Shown here in pieces: positions 8,578-17,762 of a stretch of DNA of 50,486 nucleotides. The DNA is taken from positions 1-50,486 of the forward strand of contig JAEOSZ010000127.1 in assembly GCA_016840095.1 (NCBI GenBank). Direction: 5' to 3'. Source of the DNA: Candidatus Heimdallarchaeota archaeon. Its GTDB lineage: Archaea; Asgardarchaeota; Heimdallarchaeia; Heimdallarchaeales; Heimdallarchaeaceae. Made by a program: the position numbers and the translations under genes. Position 1 is the stretch's first letter, and every line of letters begins with the position of its first letter. The notes beneath the pieces were generated by a model, which saw nothing but the letters and a program-made list of their open reading frames with translations, did no database searches and was not told the DNA's origin.

Positions 8578-9363
8578 ATGAGGATGAACAATTTGCGTAA
8601 ATGGAATTTTAAAATAGTTTTAGCTGGTCCAGGTGCAGTTGGTAAAACATCTATTCGTGAAAGATATATGGGGAAGGGATTTGAATCAAGCTATCTCAAA
8701 ACAATTGGTGCTGACTTCGCAAGTAAAAAAATTAAAACAGAAAACGATCTTATCACATTTCAAATATGGGATTTAGCTGGACAAGACAGTTACCAAGCTG
8801 TTCGAAGCACTTTTTATAAGGGAGCTATAGCAGGAATTCTTGTTTTTGATTGTCAAGATCCAACCACAATGACTAATCTGAAGAATTGGCTTGATGAAGC
8901 AATCAAGGGATCAAATAATGGAATTCTTGTCTATATTGTTATTGCAAACAAAATCGACCTTGAAGAAGATAGACGAGTTTCTCGCGAAATGGCTCTGGAG
9001 TTTTGTAATCGTATGAAAACTGAAACAGGAATACGTTTTTATTATAGTGAAACAAGTGCATTAACTGGGCAAAACATTCAAGAAACCTTCGATTTTCTTG
9101 CTTACAAACTATTGCAAGCTAACAACATACAGGACATTGCCTTTCCAGCAAATACAGATGGTATTGTGGATTTAGATGATATTGAGGAAGTTAAAAAAGA
9201 GTCTTCACCTATTCCTGTAGCAACTCAATCTGTATCAGGTGATACTATTTCTCTTGATGAATTTAAAATACTTCAAGACAGAGTGCAGGTAATTGAAGAT
9301 AGGTTGAATACTATTCAAGCAATTATAAAGAAAATTGTCGAAAAAATACAAGAAGAAGAGTAA
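8578..9363 (+). CDS. Rab-like small GTPase with C-terminal coiled-coil extension
   Basis: G1 GPGAVGKTS, G2/RabF1 TIGADF, G3 WDLAGQ, FYKGA, G4 NKID, G5 ETSAL; no C-terminal Cys. Confidence 0.92.
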   Translation: MRMNNLRKWNFKIVLAGPGAVGKTSIRERYMGKGFESSYLKTIGADFASKKIKTENDLITFQIWDLAGQDSYQAVRSTFYKGAIAGILVFDCQDPTTMTNLKNWLDEAIKGSNNGILVYIVIANKIDLEEDRRVSREMALEFCNRMKTETGIRFYYSETSALTGQNIQETFDFLAYKLLQANNIQDIAFPANTDGIVDLDDIEEVKKESSPIPVATQSVSGDTISLDEFKILQDRVQVIEDRLNTIQAIIKKIVEKIQEEE

Positions 9364-9374
9364 AATCTTACTTC

Positions 9375-10646
9375 TTACTTAACAATTTTTTTCCCACAGT
9401 CAGTGCAGAATTCTGCACCTTCGATAATCAATGCAGAGCAGGTTGGACAACGTTCTTCTCTTTCACCGTTCGAATAAGTTGAATCAGTTTCCATATTAGT
9501 TCTACCTTTTTTTCCTGACTGAGATTGAGAGAAATTATCACTAACCCAAGTTAAACTAGGAGGTTCTACATTTTCTTTAATCATTTTTTCGAAGAAATAT
9601 ATACCATTAATGTCTAAGAAACTTCCAAAAATAACACTTATGGTAAAGATTAGAAAAACTATGCTACTGATAGCATAGTCTAATCCCGATGCTGTAAATT
9701 CAGCTGTTGGTGAAAATATGGCAAGAAAAACCTTGGAAAACGAATTTAGTCCTGCAATTAATATTGAAGCCGGAAGTAAGAAGGATATCAGACTACTCTG
9801 AACAACTTTTTTCAGGCTAAATCTTGGAAATTGATAAGCATCAACTAAACTATGAAAAGCACTAGATTCTCTTAAAGAGGAGAGATTTTTAGCTATCCTG
9901 AAAATTGGTGAGATAATTGAGAGAATTACTGCTGTAAGTAAAAATGGAAGATAAATTGCTATATTTTGATTTGCCCCCTGTGCCATACCTTGGAATATCT
10001 TAACAAAAGTGATTGAGATTGCACTTGCAATTGCCATATGCAATATATAGATTAAACCAAAAGTCAGGATACTTGAGTTATTATTCTCTGGCACTTCATC
10101 ATGCAAGTAACTTATGTTTTTTACTGTTCTTTTGTTGAAAATATAAGTTAGAAATGAAAATATAAAGAAGGAAAATATTGTAAAAAGTAACGATATCCAT
10201 GTAGGTGAAAGAATGTTAAGCATTAATAATAGCGATAAGTTAACAAAAATCACTAATGCAAAGGAAATTGTAAATCCTAAAGCTCCAACAACAAGCATTT
10301 CGCTAACGGACATTTTCTTAAGAGATCCCAATTGAAGCCTTGGTGGTTGAAAACTTTCACTATAGCTTATTTGCCCCTTCATTTTTAATGGAACTACTGA
10401 TTCCGATGCTTTCCAAGCAAATTGAGTTGAATCCAAAATAAAATCTTCATTCTCACTTCTAGTTTCTATTGGCTCATCTCGATAAAATGGTCTTGAAGTA
10501 GGATTATTTGGTGGAATGCCATATGGTGATTCAGTTGGTTGAGGGGTTTTTGCCATTTGAGTTTCTAATTCAGTCCCACAAATTGGACAAAATACAACTT
10601 TTGTCGGGAAAGTGGAGTAACATATAGGACACTTCTTGTCAGAAAT
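9375..10646 (-). CDS. Multi-pass membrane protein with N- and C-terminal double-CxxC zinc ribbons (probable ATT start)
   Basis: About 6 TM segments and C-terminal CPTC...CTDCG. The frame stays open upstream of ATG 10556 and encodes SDKKCPICYSTFPTKVVFCPICGTEL. AGGTGA SD lies 6 nt before ATT 10646. Confidence 0.75.
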   Translation of the reverse strand: MSDKKCPICYSTFPTKVVFCPICGTELETQMAKTPQPTESPYGIPPNNPTSRPFYRDEPIETRSENEDFILDSTQFAWKASESVVPLKMKGQISYSESFQPPRLQLGSLKKMSVSEMLVVGALGFTISFALVIFVNLSLLLMLNILSPTWISLLFTIFSFFIFSFLTYIFNKRTVKNISYLHDEVPENNNSSILTFGLIYILHMAIASAISITFVKIFQGMAQGANQNIAIYLPFLLTAVILSIISPIFRIAKNLSSLRESSAFHSLVDAYQFPRFSLKKVVQSSLISFLLPASILIAGLNSFSKVFLAIFSPTAEFTASGLDYAISSIVFLIFTISVIFGSFLDINGIYFFEKMIKENVEPPSLTWVSDNFSQSQSGKKGRTNMETDSTYSNGEREERCPTCSALIIEGAEFCTDCGKKIVK

Positions 10647-10804
10647 ACGTATTCACCTATGTTTAAGAGTACCAGTTTATTTATATAACTGGGCAATACG
10701 TGGATATTTTTTAGAACAAATATAGTTGAATAAGATTATTTTATCTAAAGATTTAAAGTTATTTTCACGTTAAGTAATTTCGACTAGTTTAAATAATTCG
10801 AAGC

Positions 10805-12286
10805 ATGTTAGTAACTTGGTCATTATACATGAGTGAATCCCCAAAAGAAAAACCACTATCTCTTTCCAGTTATGTTTCTTTGGTTAAAAAGATTGAAGAA
10901 GTACTCAATCAAGTTCCTGAAAAAACAGAAACAACTGAAATCAAGGAGGAAGCACTCAGACCACAACAATCAGAAGTTATAAAGAGAGAGGAATCTATCA
11001 CTGAAGAAGTAATGAATGTTGAAAAACAAACTTCTCAATTAGAGGAGAACATAATCAAGGTTGCTGATAAAGAAACTGAGGACATCAAAGTTGTAAGACT
11101 TCCGGATTTAGTAAAAATTGAAGAAGAATTGGAAACCCTCTATCCTGGTTCAAATGTTCAAATTACTGATTTCTACTATGAAAAAGATGAGCTTACTGAT
11201 GATGAAATTAAAAGGAGAATTAAAAGCAAAATCCCATCTATAGAATCAATTGATATTAAGAAGAAAGAAACATATGGATTTCCTTTTGTTCTTTGCAAAC
11301 TTGAAGGAAATTATGAGGCGATAGTTCCAGTTAGTCTAGAGACTATAAGCTTACCTACAATCCAACATGGAACTAATAGACAATTTAAACTTCTTTTTGC
11401 TGGTGTAGAGGAAGATTTAGGATTATCAACTAGTGAACAAGAAATATGGAACCAATCTTTCAATCGATTCCAAATTAAACTTACTCAACTCTTGAATAGA
11501 GATGCTAGAAATAATTTAACTAAAAAACCTCACAAGATGAAGCTCATAAATTTAGATTCAATATTAATCAAAGAGTTCATCAGTGACTATAGCAAGAAAA
11601 TGAACAATCTACACAACTATCAAGCAGATATATTATTACACTTGAAAGAGTTAATTACGATAATAGAGAAACGAGAAAGTGTTTGGAAAAGTGAAGATGA
11701 TTTCAACAAAACAAAAAACATTCTCAAGAAGCAATTAATAGATTTTGAAGAGGAGCAAAAGGAAATAAACAAAGATGCACAAGTTGAGTTTTTTAAGCTC
11801 AAAAAAACTCAAAGAAGTTTGGATGCTAGAACAAAGAAATTCAAACTAGATGAAAAACGTAATAAAACAATTACTAGGAAGCAAAAAGAAGAATTAATCA
11901 ATGATGTTAGACAATTTCAGAAAAAAAAGGTGACAATTCAAAAAGAAATTGATCGAATAAAGAAGATAGATGAAACTCTAAGAGAATGGATAGAGATTCT
12001 AACAACCATGGAATTAGAACAAGCAAATGCAAGATTTTTAGAGGTTTTCTCAGAAGAGCTATCTACAAATATCAACGATATGCTTGAGCACCAAAATCTT
12101 GAGGAACTTCTCGAAAGTGCATCGATAGAAAAAGCAGCCTTTTCAGATATTACACTTCATATTTTATATATCCCTACGCTAATTTACACATTTAAAGCTA
12201 AACAAACTAATCAAAAAACAGAAGGAAAAATTCTTTATTTAGCACCAGCACAAGAAACAATTTTTCTTCAACCCCCAGTAGTGTAG
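10805..12286 (+). CDS. Hypothetical protein with long central coiled-coil hairpin
   Basis: Acidic N-terminus and heptad-rich region (about aa 260-400) flanked by beta-rich segments (YGFPFVLC; ILYIPTLIYTF). Confidence 0.75.
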   Translation: MLVTWSLYMSESPKEKPLSLSSYVSLVKKIEEVLNQVPEKTETTEIKEEALRPQQSEVIKREESITEEVMNVEKQTSQLEENIIKVADKETEDIKVVRLPDLVKIEEELETLYPGSNVQITDFYYEKDELTDDEIKRRIKSKIPSIESIDIKKKETYGFPFVLCKLEGNYEAIVPVSLETISLPTIQHGTNRQFKLLFAGVEEDLGLSTSEQEIWNQSFNRFQIKLTQLLNRDARNNLTKKPHKMKLINLDSILIKEFISDYSKKMNNLHNYQADILLHLKELITIIEKRESVWKSEDDFNKTKNILKKQLIDFEEEQKEINKDAQVEFFKLKKTQRSLDARTKKFKLDEKRNKTITRKQKEELINDVRQFQKKKVTIQKEIDRIKKIDETLREWIEILTTMELEQANARFLEVFSEELSTNINDMLEHQNLEELLESASIEKAAFSDITLHILYIPTLIYTFKAKQTNQKTEGKILYLAPAQETIFLQPPVV

Positions 12287-12359
12287 GAAATTATACCCTT
12301 AAATGGAAAAACATGCCTTTGAACAAGTTTATTAGTGCTTATTTTTCTAAAATAGTCAG

Positions 12360-13094
12360 ATGACTGAAGAGATTGTTGTTTGCGAGAATTTATCAAAACG
12401 ATTTATTGTTGGAGATAGTGTAGTAAAAGCAGTAAATGGAGTAGATGTGACTTTTCACAGAGAAGAATTTACTTCAGTTGTAGGACCAAGTGGTAGTGGA
12501 AAAACAACTCTACTAAACTTAATTGGAACATTAGAAATTCCAACAACTGGAAAAATAATAATTAATGGAACAGATTTAAGTGAATTCACTCCTAAAGATT
12601 TAACAGATTTTAGAAGAAAGAATTTAGGATTTGTTTTTCAGTTCTTTAATCTGGTAGAAGGATTAACTGGTAAAGAGAATGTGGAACTGCCTTTAATTTT
12701 TGATGGCGTACCATATGAAGTAAGGCAAAAAAGAGTTAACGACATTTTCAATGAATTTGAAATAGATCATCTCAAGAATAAGTTTCCTGAAGAACTAAGT
12801 TCAGGGGAAAGACAACGAGTTGCAATAATGAGAGCTCTAGTCAACGAGCCTATACTACTTCTCGCAGATGAACCTACAGGAAATCTAGATACAAATACAG
12901 GACAAACTGTTTTAGATTTATTTGAGCAGCTTAATGCTGATAGAGGAACATCAATAGCTTTAGTAACACACGATTTATCTGCTGCAAAAAGAGCGAAAAG
13001 AATACTGCATATGCATGATGGTAAAGTAACTTTTGATCAACAGAACCTAGATGAGGTTCCAGAAGGGATGGACGAACAAATTGGTTTTCAGTAG
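12360..13094 (+). CDS. ABC transporter ATP-binding protein, LolD/MacB/SalX type
   Basis: GPSGSGKTT, LGFVFQFFNL, LSSGERQRVAI, LADEPTGNLD, VTHD. Confidence 0.93.
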   Translation: MTEEIVVCENLSKRFIVGDSVVKAVNGVDVTFHREEFTSVVGPSGSGKTTLLNLIGTLEIPTTGKIIINGTDLSEFTPKDLTDFRRKNLGFVFQFFNLVEGLTGKENVELPLIFDGVPYEVRQKRVNDIFNEFEIDHLKNKFPEELSSGERQRVAIMRALVNEPILLLADEPTGNLDTNTGQTVLDLFEQLNADRGTSIALVTHDLSAAKRAKRILHMHDGKVTFDQQNLDEVPEGMDEQIGFQ

Positions 13095-13225
13095 AAGGCA
13101 ACAAGAACGGTTTAAAGAGCAAAATAAGAAGTTTCTCAGGCTCTGACCAAGACTTTTCTTACTTATATCTTTTTCCCTTAGTTTCTTCATAAGACTTAAA
13201 AATGCATAAACTGGCCATAATAATA

Positions 13226-13256
13226 ATTAGTGACTCACTAATACTCTTATGAGTAT
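13226..13256 (+). promoter_or_regulatory. Two adjacent inverted repeats upstream of dppB (putative operators)
   Basis: ATTAGTGA-C-TCACTAAT (13226-13242) and ATACTC-TTAT-GAGTAT (13241-13256). Confidence 0.45.
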
Positions 13257-13277
13257 AAACTTCGCGGAGAAAAATAT

Positions 13278-14285
13278 ATGTCATTAAAAGGATTCATTAT
13301 TAGAAGAACCATATATATTGTCCCGGTTATGCTAGGAATTACTTTGATGAATTTTACACTCATCAACATAAGTCCTGGTGATCCAGTAATCGTGAGACTA
13401 GGGTTAATCCACTGTGATAATGATGAATGCTATAATGCAGCGTATAATAGAGAAGCAATTGAAATGGGACTGCTTAACAACGACATGTACACAGTTCCTT
13501 GGTTTAATCGTTACATCTCTTTTGTTGATGATTTACTGCATTTTGACTTAGGGAAGTCGTGGTACTATACGCAAGCGGGAGAAGGTATACCTATAGCGAA
13601 AATTATAGGGGAAAGGGCCATATATACTGTGGTGCTCAATATACTTTCGTTTATATTCTCGCTTTTACTTGCAACTGCAATTGGTGTAGTATCAGCAACT
13701 CGTCAAAATTCATTCTGGGACCGATCACTAACGGTAGCGATGCTCCTGGGATACTCAATGCCTCTGTTTTGGCTGGCAAAACTTTTGATGCTACTTTCTT
13801 TTGAATTATTTAATTTTACAGGAGTAGCAAATAAAGATGCATTCAAGAAACCACTGTTCCTGAATCCGAATTTCTATAAATACCTGATATTGCCAACACT
13901 GGCACTAACTCTGGGTGGGTTAGTGTTTATGGCAAGATTAGTTAGATCACAACTATTAGAGATTCTGAGACAAGACTATATCACAACAGCGAAAGCTAAA
14001 GGATTAGACAATAGAGCGGTTATCTACAAACACGCATTTAGAAACGGTTTACTTCCAATCGTAACCATAATTGGAAACTCATTACCAGGGCTTCTAGCAG
14101 GCTCCGTAATGATAGAATCGGTGTTTGGTTGGCCTGGACTAGGGACAGTCTTTCTAGAAGGAGCACTCTTCAGAGATTATCCGATGATGATGGCTACGAA
14201 TACCATCTTCCCGCTACTTTTCCTAATAGCGCGGCTCCTGACGGATATTACGTACGTCTTCATCGATCCGAGGATTAGATATTAA
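13278..14285 (+). CDS. dppB: Dipeptide/oligopeptide ABC permease DppB/OppB
   Basis: ISPGDP, DLGKS, SMPLFW, ILPTLAL, EAA loop QDYITTAKAKGL, ESVFGWPGLG, DPRIRY. Confidence 0.92.
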   Translation: MSLKGFIIRRTIYIVPVMLGITLMNFTLINISPGDPVIVRLGLIHCDNDECYNAAYNREAIEMGLLNNDMYTVPWFNRYISFVDDLLHFDLGKSWYYTQAGEGIPIAKIIGERAIYTVVLNILSFIFSLLLATAIGVVSATRQNSFWDRSLTVAMLLGYSMPLFWLAKLLMLLSFELFNFTGVANKDAFKKPLFLNPNFYKYLILPTLALTLGGLVFMARLVRSQLLEILRQDYITTAKAKGLDNRAVIYKHAFRNGLLPIVTIIGNSLPGLLAGSVMIESVFGWPGLGTVFLEGALFRDYPMMMATNTIFPLLFLIARLLTDITYVFIDPRIRY

Positions 14286-14299
14286 GGTGAGAATAACAT

Positions 14300-15361
14300 A
14301 TGGCAACAGCAGACAAAGAACAAGTAGGCGAATTTCTACTAGACGAAAAAACCCTGCGAGAAATTGAAGCTATGAAAGGTGCTGGACAGTGGAGTATTGT
14401 CTGGCGTCGTATTAAGAAAGATAAGATGGGTATGCTTGGTCTTTACATCGTACTCTTCTTAATTTTGATGGCTTTCTCATCTTGGATTTTACTTGGTTTT
14501 GATAATTGGCTCACAAATATTGGAGTCCTCTGGGGAGATCCAGAAAAAGCCGCTAGTATTAACAATCTCTATATAGAATTATGGCTTCCGGGAATGCCTA
14601 AGGACGGTCCTATAGTACTGTTCCAACATCCAAGGCACCATTTCCCAGCTGAAGCAAAACTTCCTCCATCATTTCTGCATCCTTTTGGTACAGATGGTAT
14701 TGGTCATGATATGCTTTCACGAGTTTTCTTTGGAGCAACAGTTTCCTTAGCTCTTGGATTCATTGGTCAAATGACCACCGTTATCATTGGTACATTTCTA
14801 GGATCAATTGCAGGTTTCTATGGTGGTATTATTGATGATGTTTTACAGCGTATAATTGAATTACTCTACTCTATGCCAGGATTTATCCTGATGATATTTA
14901 TCATTGTGCTCTTTGAGGACATAAATATCCCGGGTGGCCGGTATTCGGTAGTAGTCGTGTTCTTTTCGCTTATTGGTTGGGGCGGAACAGCACTTATCGT
15001 AAGGTCAAACTTCTTCTCTCTGAAGCAGCAAGACTTTGTTGAAGCGGAACGGGCGCTCGGTGCGAGTGATATGAGAATCATTTTCAAACACATCCTGCCG
15101 AACTCGTTGGCACCACTGATTATTATTGTAACACTAGGAATTGCAAATACTATATTCCTCTTTGCAGCACTTGCATTCTTCGGATTCGGAGATCCAAATG
15201 CTGTAAGTTGGGGTGATGATTTAAATAAATGGCAAAATTCTCTAGTTGATTACCCATGGATGCCGATGTTCCCTGCGTTGTTCATCTTCTTTACGGTGCT
15301 AGGTTTCAACCTCCTAGGTGACTCTTTAAGAGATGCTCTTGATCCAAGACTGAAGGATTAA
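14300..15361 (+). CDS. dppC: Dipeptide/oligopeptide ABC permease DppC/OppC
   Basis: HPFGTDGIGHDMLSR, FVEAERALGAS, HILPN, FNLLGDSLRDALDPR. Confidence 0.92.
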   Translation: MATADKEQVGEFLLDEKTLREIEAMKGAGQWSIVWRRIKKDKMGMLGLYIVLFLILMAFSSWILLGFDNWLTNIGVLWGDPEKAASINNLYIELWLPGMPKDGPIVLFQHPRHHFPAEAKLPPSFLHPFGTDGIGHDMLSRVFFGATVSLALGFIGQMTTVIIGTFLGSIAGFYGGIIDDVLQRIIELLYSMPGFILMIFIIVLFEDINIPGGRYSVVVVFFSLIGWGGTALIVRSNFFSLKQQDFVEAERALGASDMRIIFKHILPNSLAPLIIIVTLGIANTIFLFAALAFFGFGDPNAVSWGDDLNKWQNSLVDYPWMPMFPALFIFFTVLGFNLLGDSLRDALDPRLKD

Positions 15362-15653
15362 CAACCTTCTTTCAATTCTTTTTTCTTCTTTTGTTTACTT
15401 GCAAATAAAATGCAATTATATTTTCTTCCTTTATTAATCAAAGTGGTCATTATCTTATCGATGTGCCTTGCTAATTGCACGTCAGAAGTCAAAAATCTTG
15501 TAGAATGGGTGTAAATACGAACAAAGGGAGGGAGTTCACCATCTACATACTTGTAGGTATTTTCTCCTTCTCTTCTTCTTTAGTTGTAACCTTACTGCAC
15601 AAAAATTCTATTGAGTATTTAAATTAAATTTCGTATATTATTTCGAGGAAGAA

Positions 15654-16442
15654 ATGACTACTATTGTTGATAAAGTGCAATTATTACCGCTCGAGAAAAC
15701 TATCCGTGAATTGCAGACCCCTCTCTTTCTGATCAATGGGAAATTGGAACGCATAGATTGGAGCCAAGACCTACGCCATGTTTTCAGATTTATTGAGATT
15801 ATTTCTGAATTAGCCAAAAGAACTATACCAGAACAAATCTTTGCAGAAGCCTTTATCCAATTTCAATACTTAAGTGATTTATTACTGGAAAGTCATTCCA
15901 GTGACAATAGCTTCAACAACGATGATATGATAGCATATTTTCTTGCTCTTCTTGATATTACTTTAGCTCATTATGGTCGAGAACTAACACAGAATTTGTT
16001 ATTTAGAATCTTTAGGTTCTGGGGAATAGACAAAGATTCCAGCATTTACACTAGAAAAGTCACACAAGCTAAGGAAATGCTAGAGAATGCTCAGTTAGTA
16101 TACACAGACTGTGACAAAATCACAGATGATTTACTAACTAAAGTCAACCTCCTAACAAACTATCTGAAACAGATTCTCCCACAAGCTAGTGAAGAGTTAG
16201 ATTTAATATTGGAAGAAATCACTGACCTTACTCTAAAGAAAGTTGTCCCTTATGCAAATGTTAGCAATTCAGCTCTAACAATGATAGTAGCGTTTTTCCC
16301 CTTTTATCTTAATTATCCAGCAGTAAATTTGTTCGTCATGCTTCATCTTAGAGAGGACCTTAAAGTACCTCTTCATGCTCTCCGGAAAGATGTCTACAGA
16401 TATAGAAAAAAATTGCGAATAGCTGGAATTCTAAAGAAGTAA
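15654..16442 (+). CDS. Hypothetical all-helical protein, possibly divergent TFB/cyclin-fold
   Basis: GAGGA SD and TATA-like TTTAAA upstream; helix pattern loosely matches the TFB core repeats. Confidence 0.6.
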   Translation: MTTIVDKVQLLPLEKTIRELQTPLFLINGKLERIDWSQDLRHVFRFIEIISELAKRTIPEQIFAEAFIQFQYLSDLLLESHSSDNSFNNDDMIAYFLALLDITLAHYGRELTQNLLFRIFRFWGIDKDSSIYTRKVTQAKEMLENAQLVYTDCDKITDDLLTKVNLLTNYLKQILPQASEELDLILEEITDLTLKKVVPYANVSNSALTMIVAFFPFYLNYPAVNLFVMLHLREDLKVPLHALRKDVYRYRKKLRIAGILKK

Positions 16443-16664
16443 TTAAACATCAAAATGAGTAAGATATTAACTGATTTTGACTGATGTTTAGATAGTTTTT
16501 TTCCTATAATTTCACTGCAAGAGAACTTTTATTGAAATCGTAAATTGTCCTCATTCATTCCCAAAACACTTTCTTGTTTCTCTTAATCCTCTTAGTGCAT
16601 ATTAAAGAACTACACAAGAAGATTTATAAAAGTTAGAATAACAAAATCAACAAAGTGATTTAAG

Positions 16665-16680
16665 ATTATTAGCTAATAAT
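16665..16680 (+). promoter_or_regulatory. Perfect 16-bp palindrome upstream of dppD
   Basis: ATTATTAGCTAATAAT, downstream of TATA-like TTTATAAA at 16623. Confidence 0.4.
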
Positions 16681-16695
16681 ATAAAAAGTGATTTT

Positions 16696-17754
16696 ATGAG
16701 TCGTCCACCAGAAGATGTTTTACTGGAAATTAATGGATTGAGAACATACTTCTTTACAGAAGAAGGTGTGGTCAAGGCAATTGAATCCGTTGATATCATA
16801 GTATATAAGTCAGAAACACTTGGTTTGGTAGGAGAATCTGGTTCTGGTAAATCAGTTACAGCACTATCAATTTTAGGTATTGTTCCAGATCCTCCAGGTA
16901 AAATTCTTGATGGAGAAGTTATCTTCCATGGTCAAGATCTTCGTAGACTTAGTGATGCAGATATGCGTAAAATCAGAGGCAATCAAATCGCAATGATTTT
17001 CCAGGACCCCATGACCAGTCTTAATCCAGTTTTTACTGTAGGGGACCAAATAAGTGAAGCTATTATGCTGCACCAAAAGGTTACTAAGAAAGAGGCAAGA
17101 GAAAAATCAGTAAAGATTATGTCTCTAGTTGGTATTCCAAGTGCAGATGAACGTGTTGATAATTATCCATTCGAGTTTTCCGGAGGGATGAGACAGAGAG
17201 TTATGATTGCGATGGCTTTAAGCTGTAATCCAGAACTCCTGATTGCTGACGAACCTTCGACAAGTTTGGATGTAACAATTCAGGCACAAATTCTCGAATT
17301 ACTCAAAGCAACCTCTGAGGAGTTCGACATGAGTATTATTCTGATTACCCATGATATGGGTGTTATAGCAGAGATGTGTGATAGGGTAGCTGTTATGTAT
17401 GCCGGTTATATTTGTGAGATTGGTGACATTATGATTATTTTCAAATCTCCTTATCATCCGTATACTCGCGGTTTGCTGAGTGCTATTCCTCGTCCTGATG
17501 CAGAGCGAGAAGATTTACAGATTATCAGAGGATCAATTCCAAATCTGATTAATCCACCTTCAGCTTGTAGATTCCACCCACGTTGTGATTATCATATGAT
17601 GGGTCTTTGTGAAACTGTACTCCCAGATTTAGTTGAGATTGAACCTGGACATTCAGTTCGATGCCATCTCTACACAGAAGAAGGTAAAGCTTGGATGGAA
17701 GAAAGGGGAGAAAAAAGAGTTATTGGTGCAGTAACTAGAGGTATTGTAAGTTAG
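16696..17754 (+). CDS. dppD: Peptide ABC ATP-binding protein DppD/OppD
   Basis: GESGSGKS, MIFQDPMTSLNP, FSGGMRQR, DEP, HPYT, C-terminal CRFHPRC...C...CH. Confidence 0.93.
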   Translation: MSRPPEDVLLEINGLRTYFFTEEGVVKAIESVDIIVYKSETLGLVGESGSGKSVTALSILGIVPDPPGKILDGEVIFHGQDLRRLSDADMRKIRGNQIAMIFQDPMTSLNPVFTVGDQISEAIMLHQKVTKKEAREKSVKIMSLVGIPSADERVDNYPFEFSGGMRQRVMIAMALSCNPELLIADEPSTSLDVTIQAQILELLKATSEEFDMSIILITHDMGVIAEMCDRVAVMYAGYICEIGDIMIIFKSPYHPYTRGLLSAIPRPDAEREDLQIIRGSIPNLINPPSACRFHPRCDYHMMGLCETVLPDLVEIEPGHSVRCHLYTEEGKAWMEERGEKRVIGAVTRGIVS

Positions 17755-17762
17755 GTGAAAAA

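Noticed and set aside
15525-15545. GGAGTTCACC resembling a fluoride (crcB) riboswitch
   Set aside because: It lacks the GGnGAUG 5' strand and the downstream CUGAUGAC element, and no fluoride-related gene follows.
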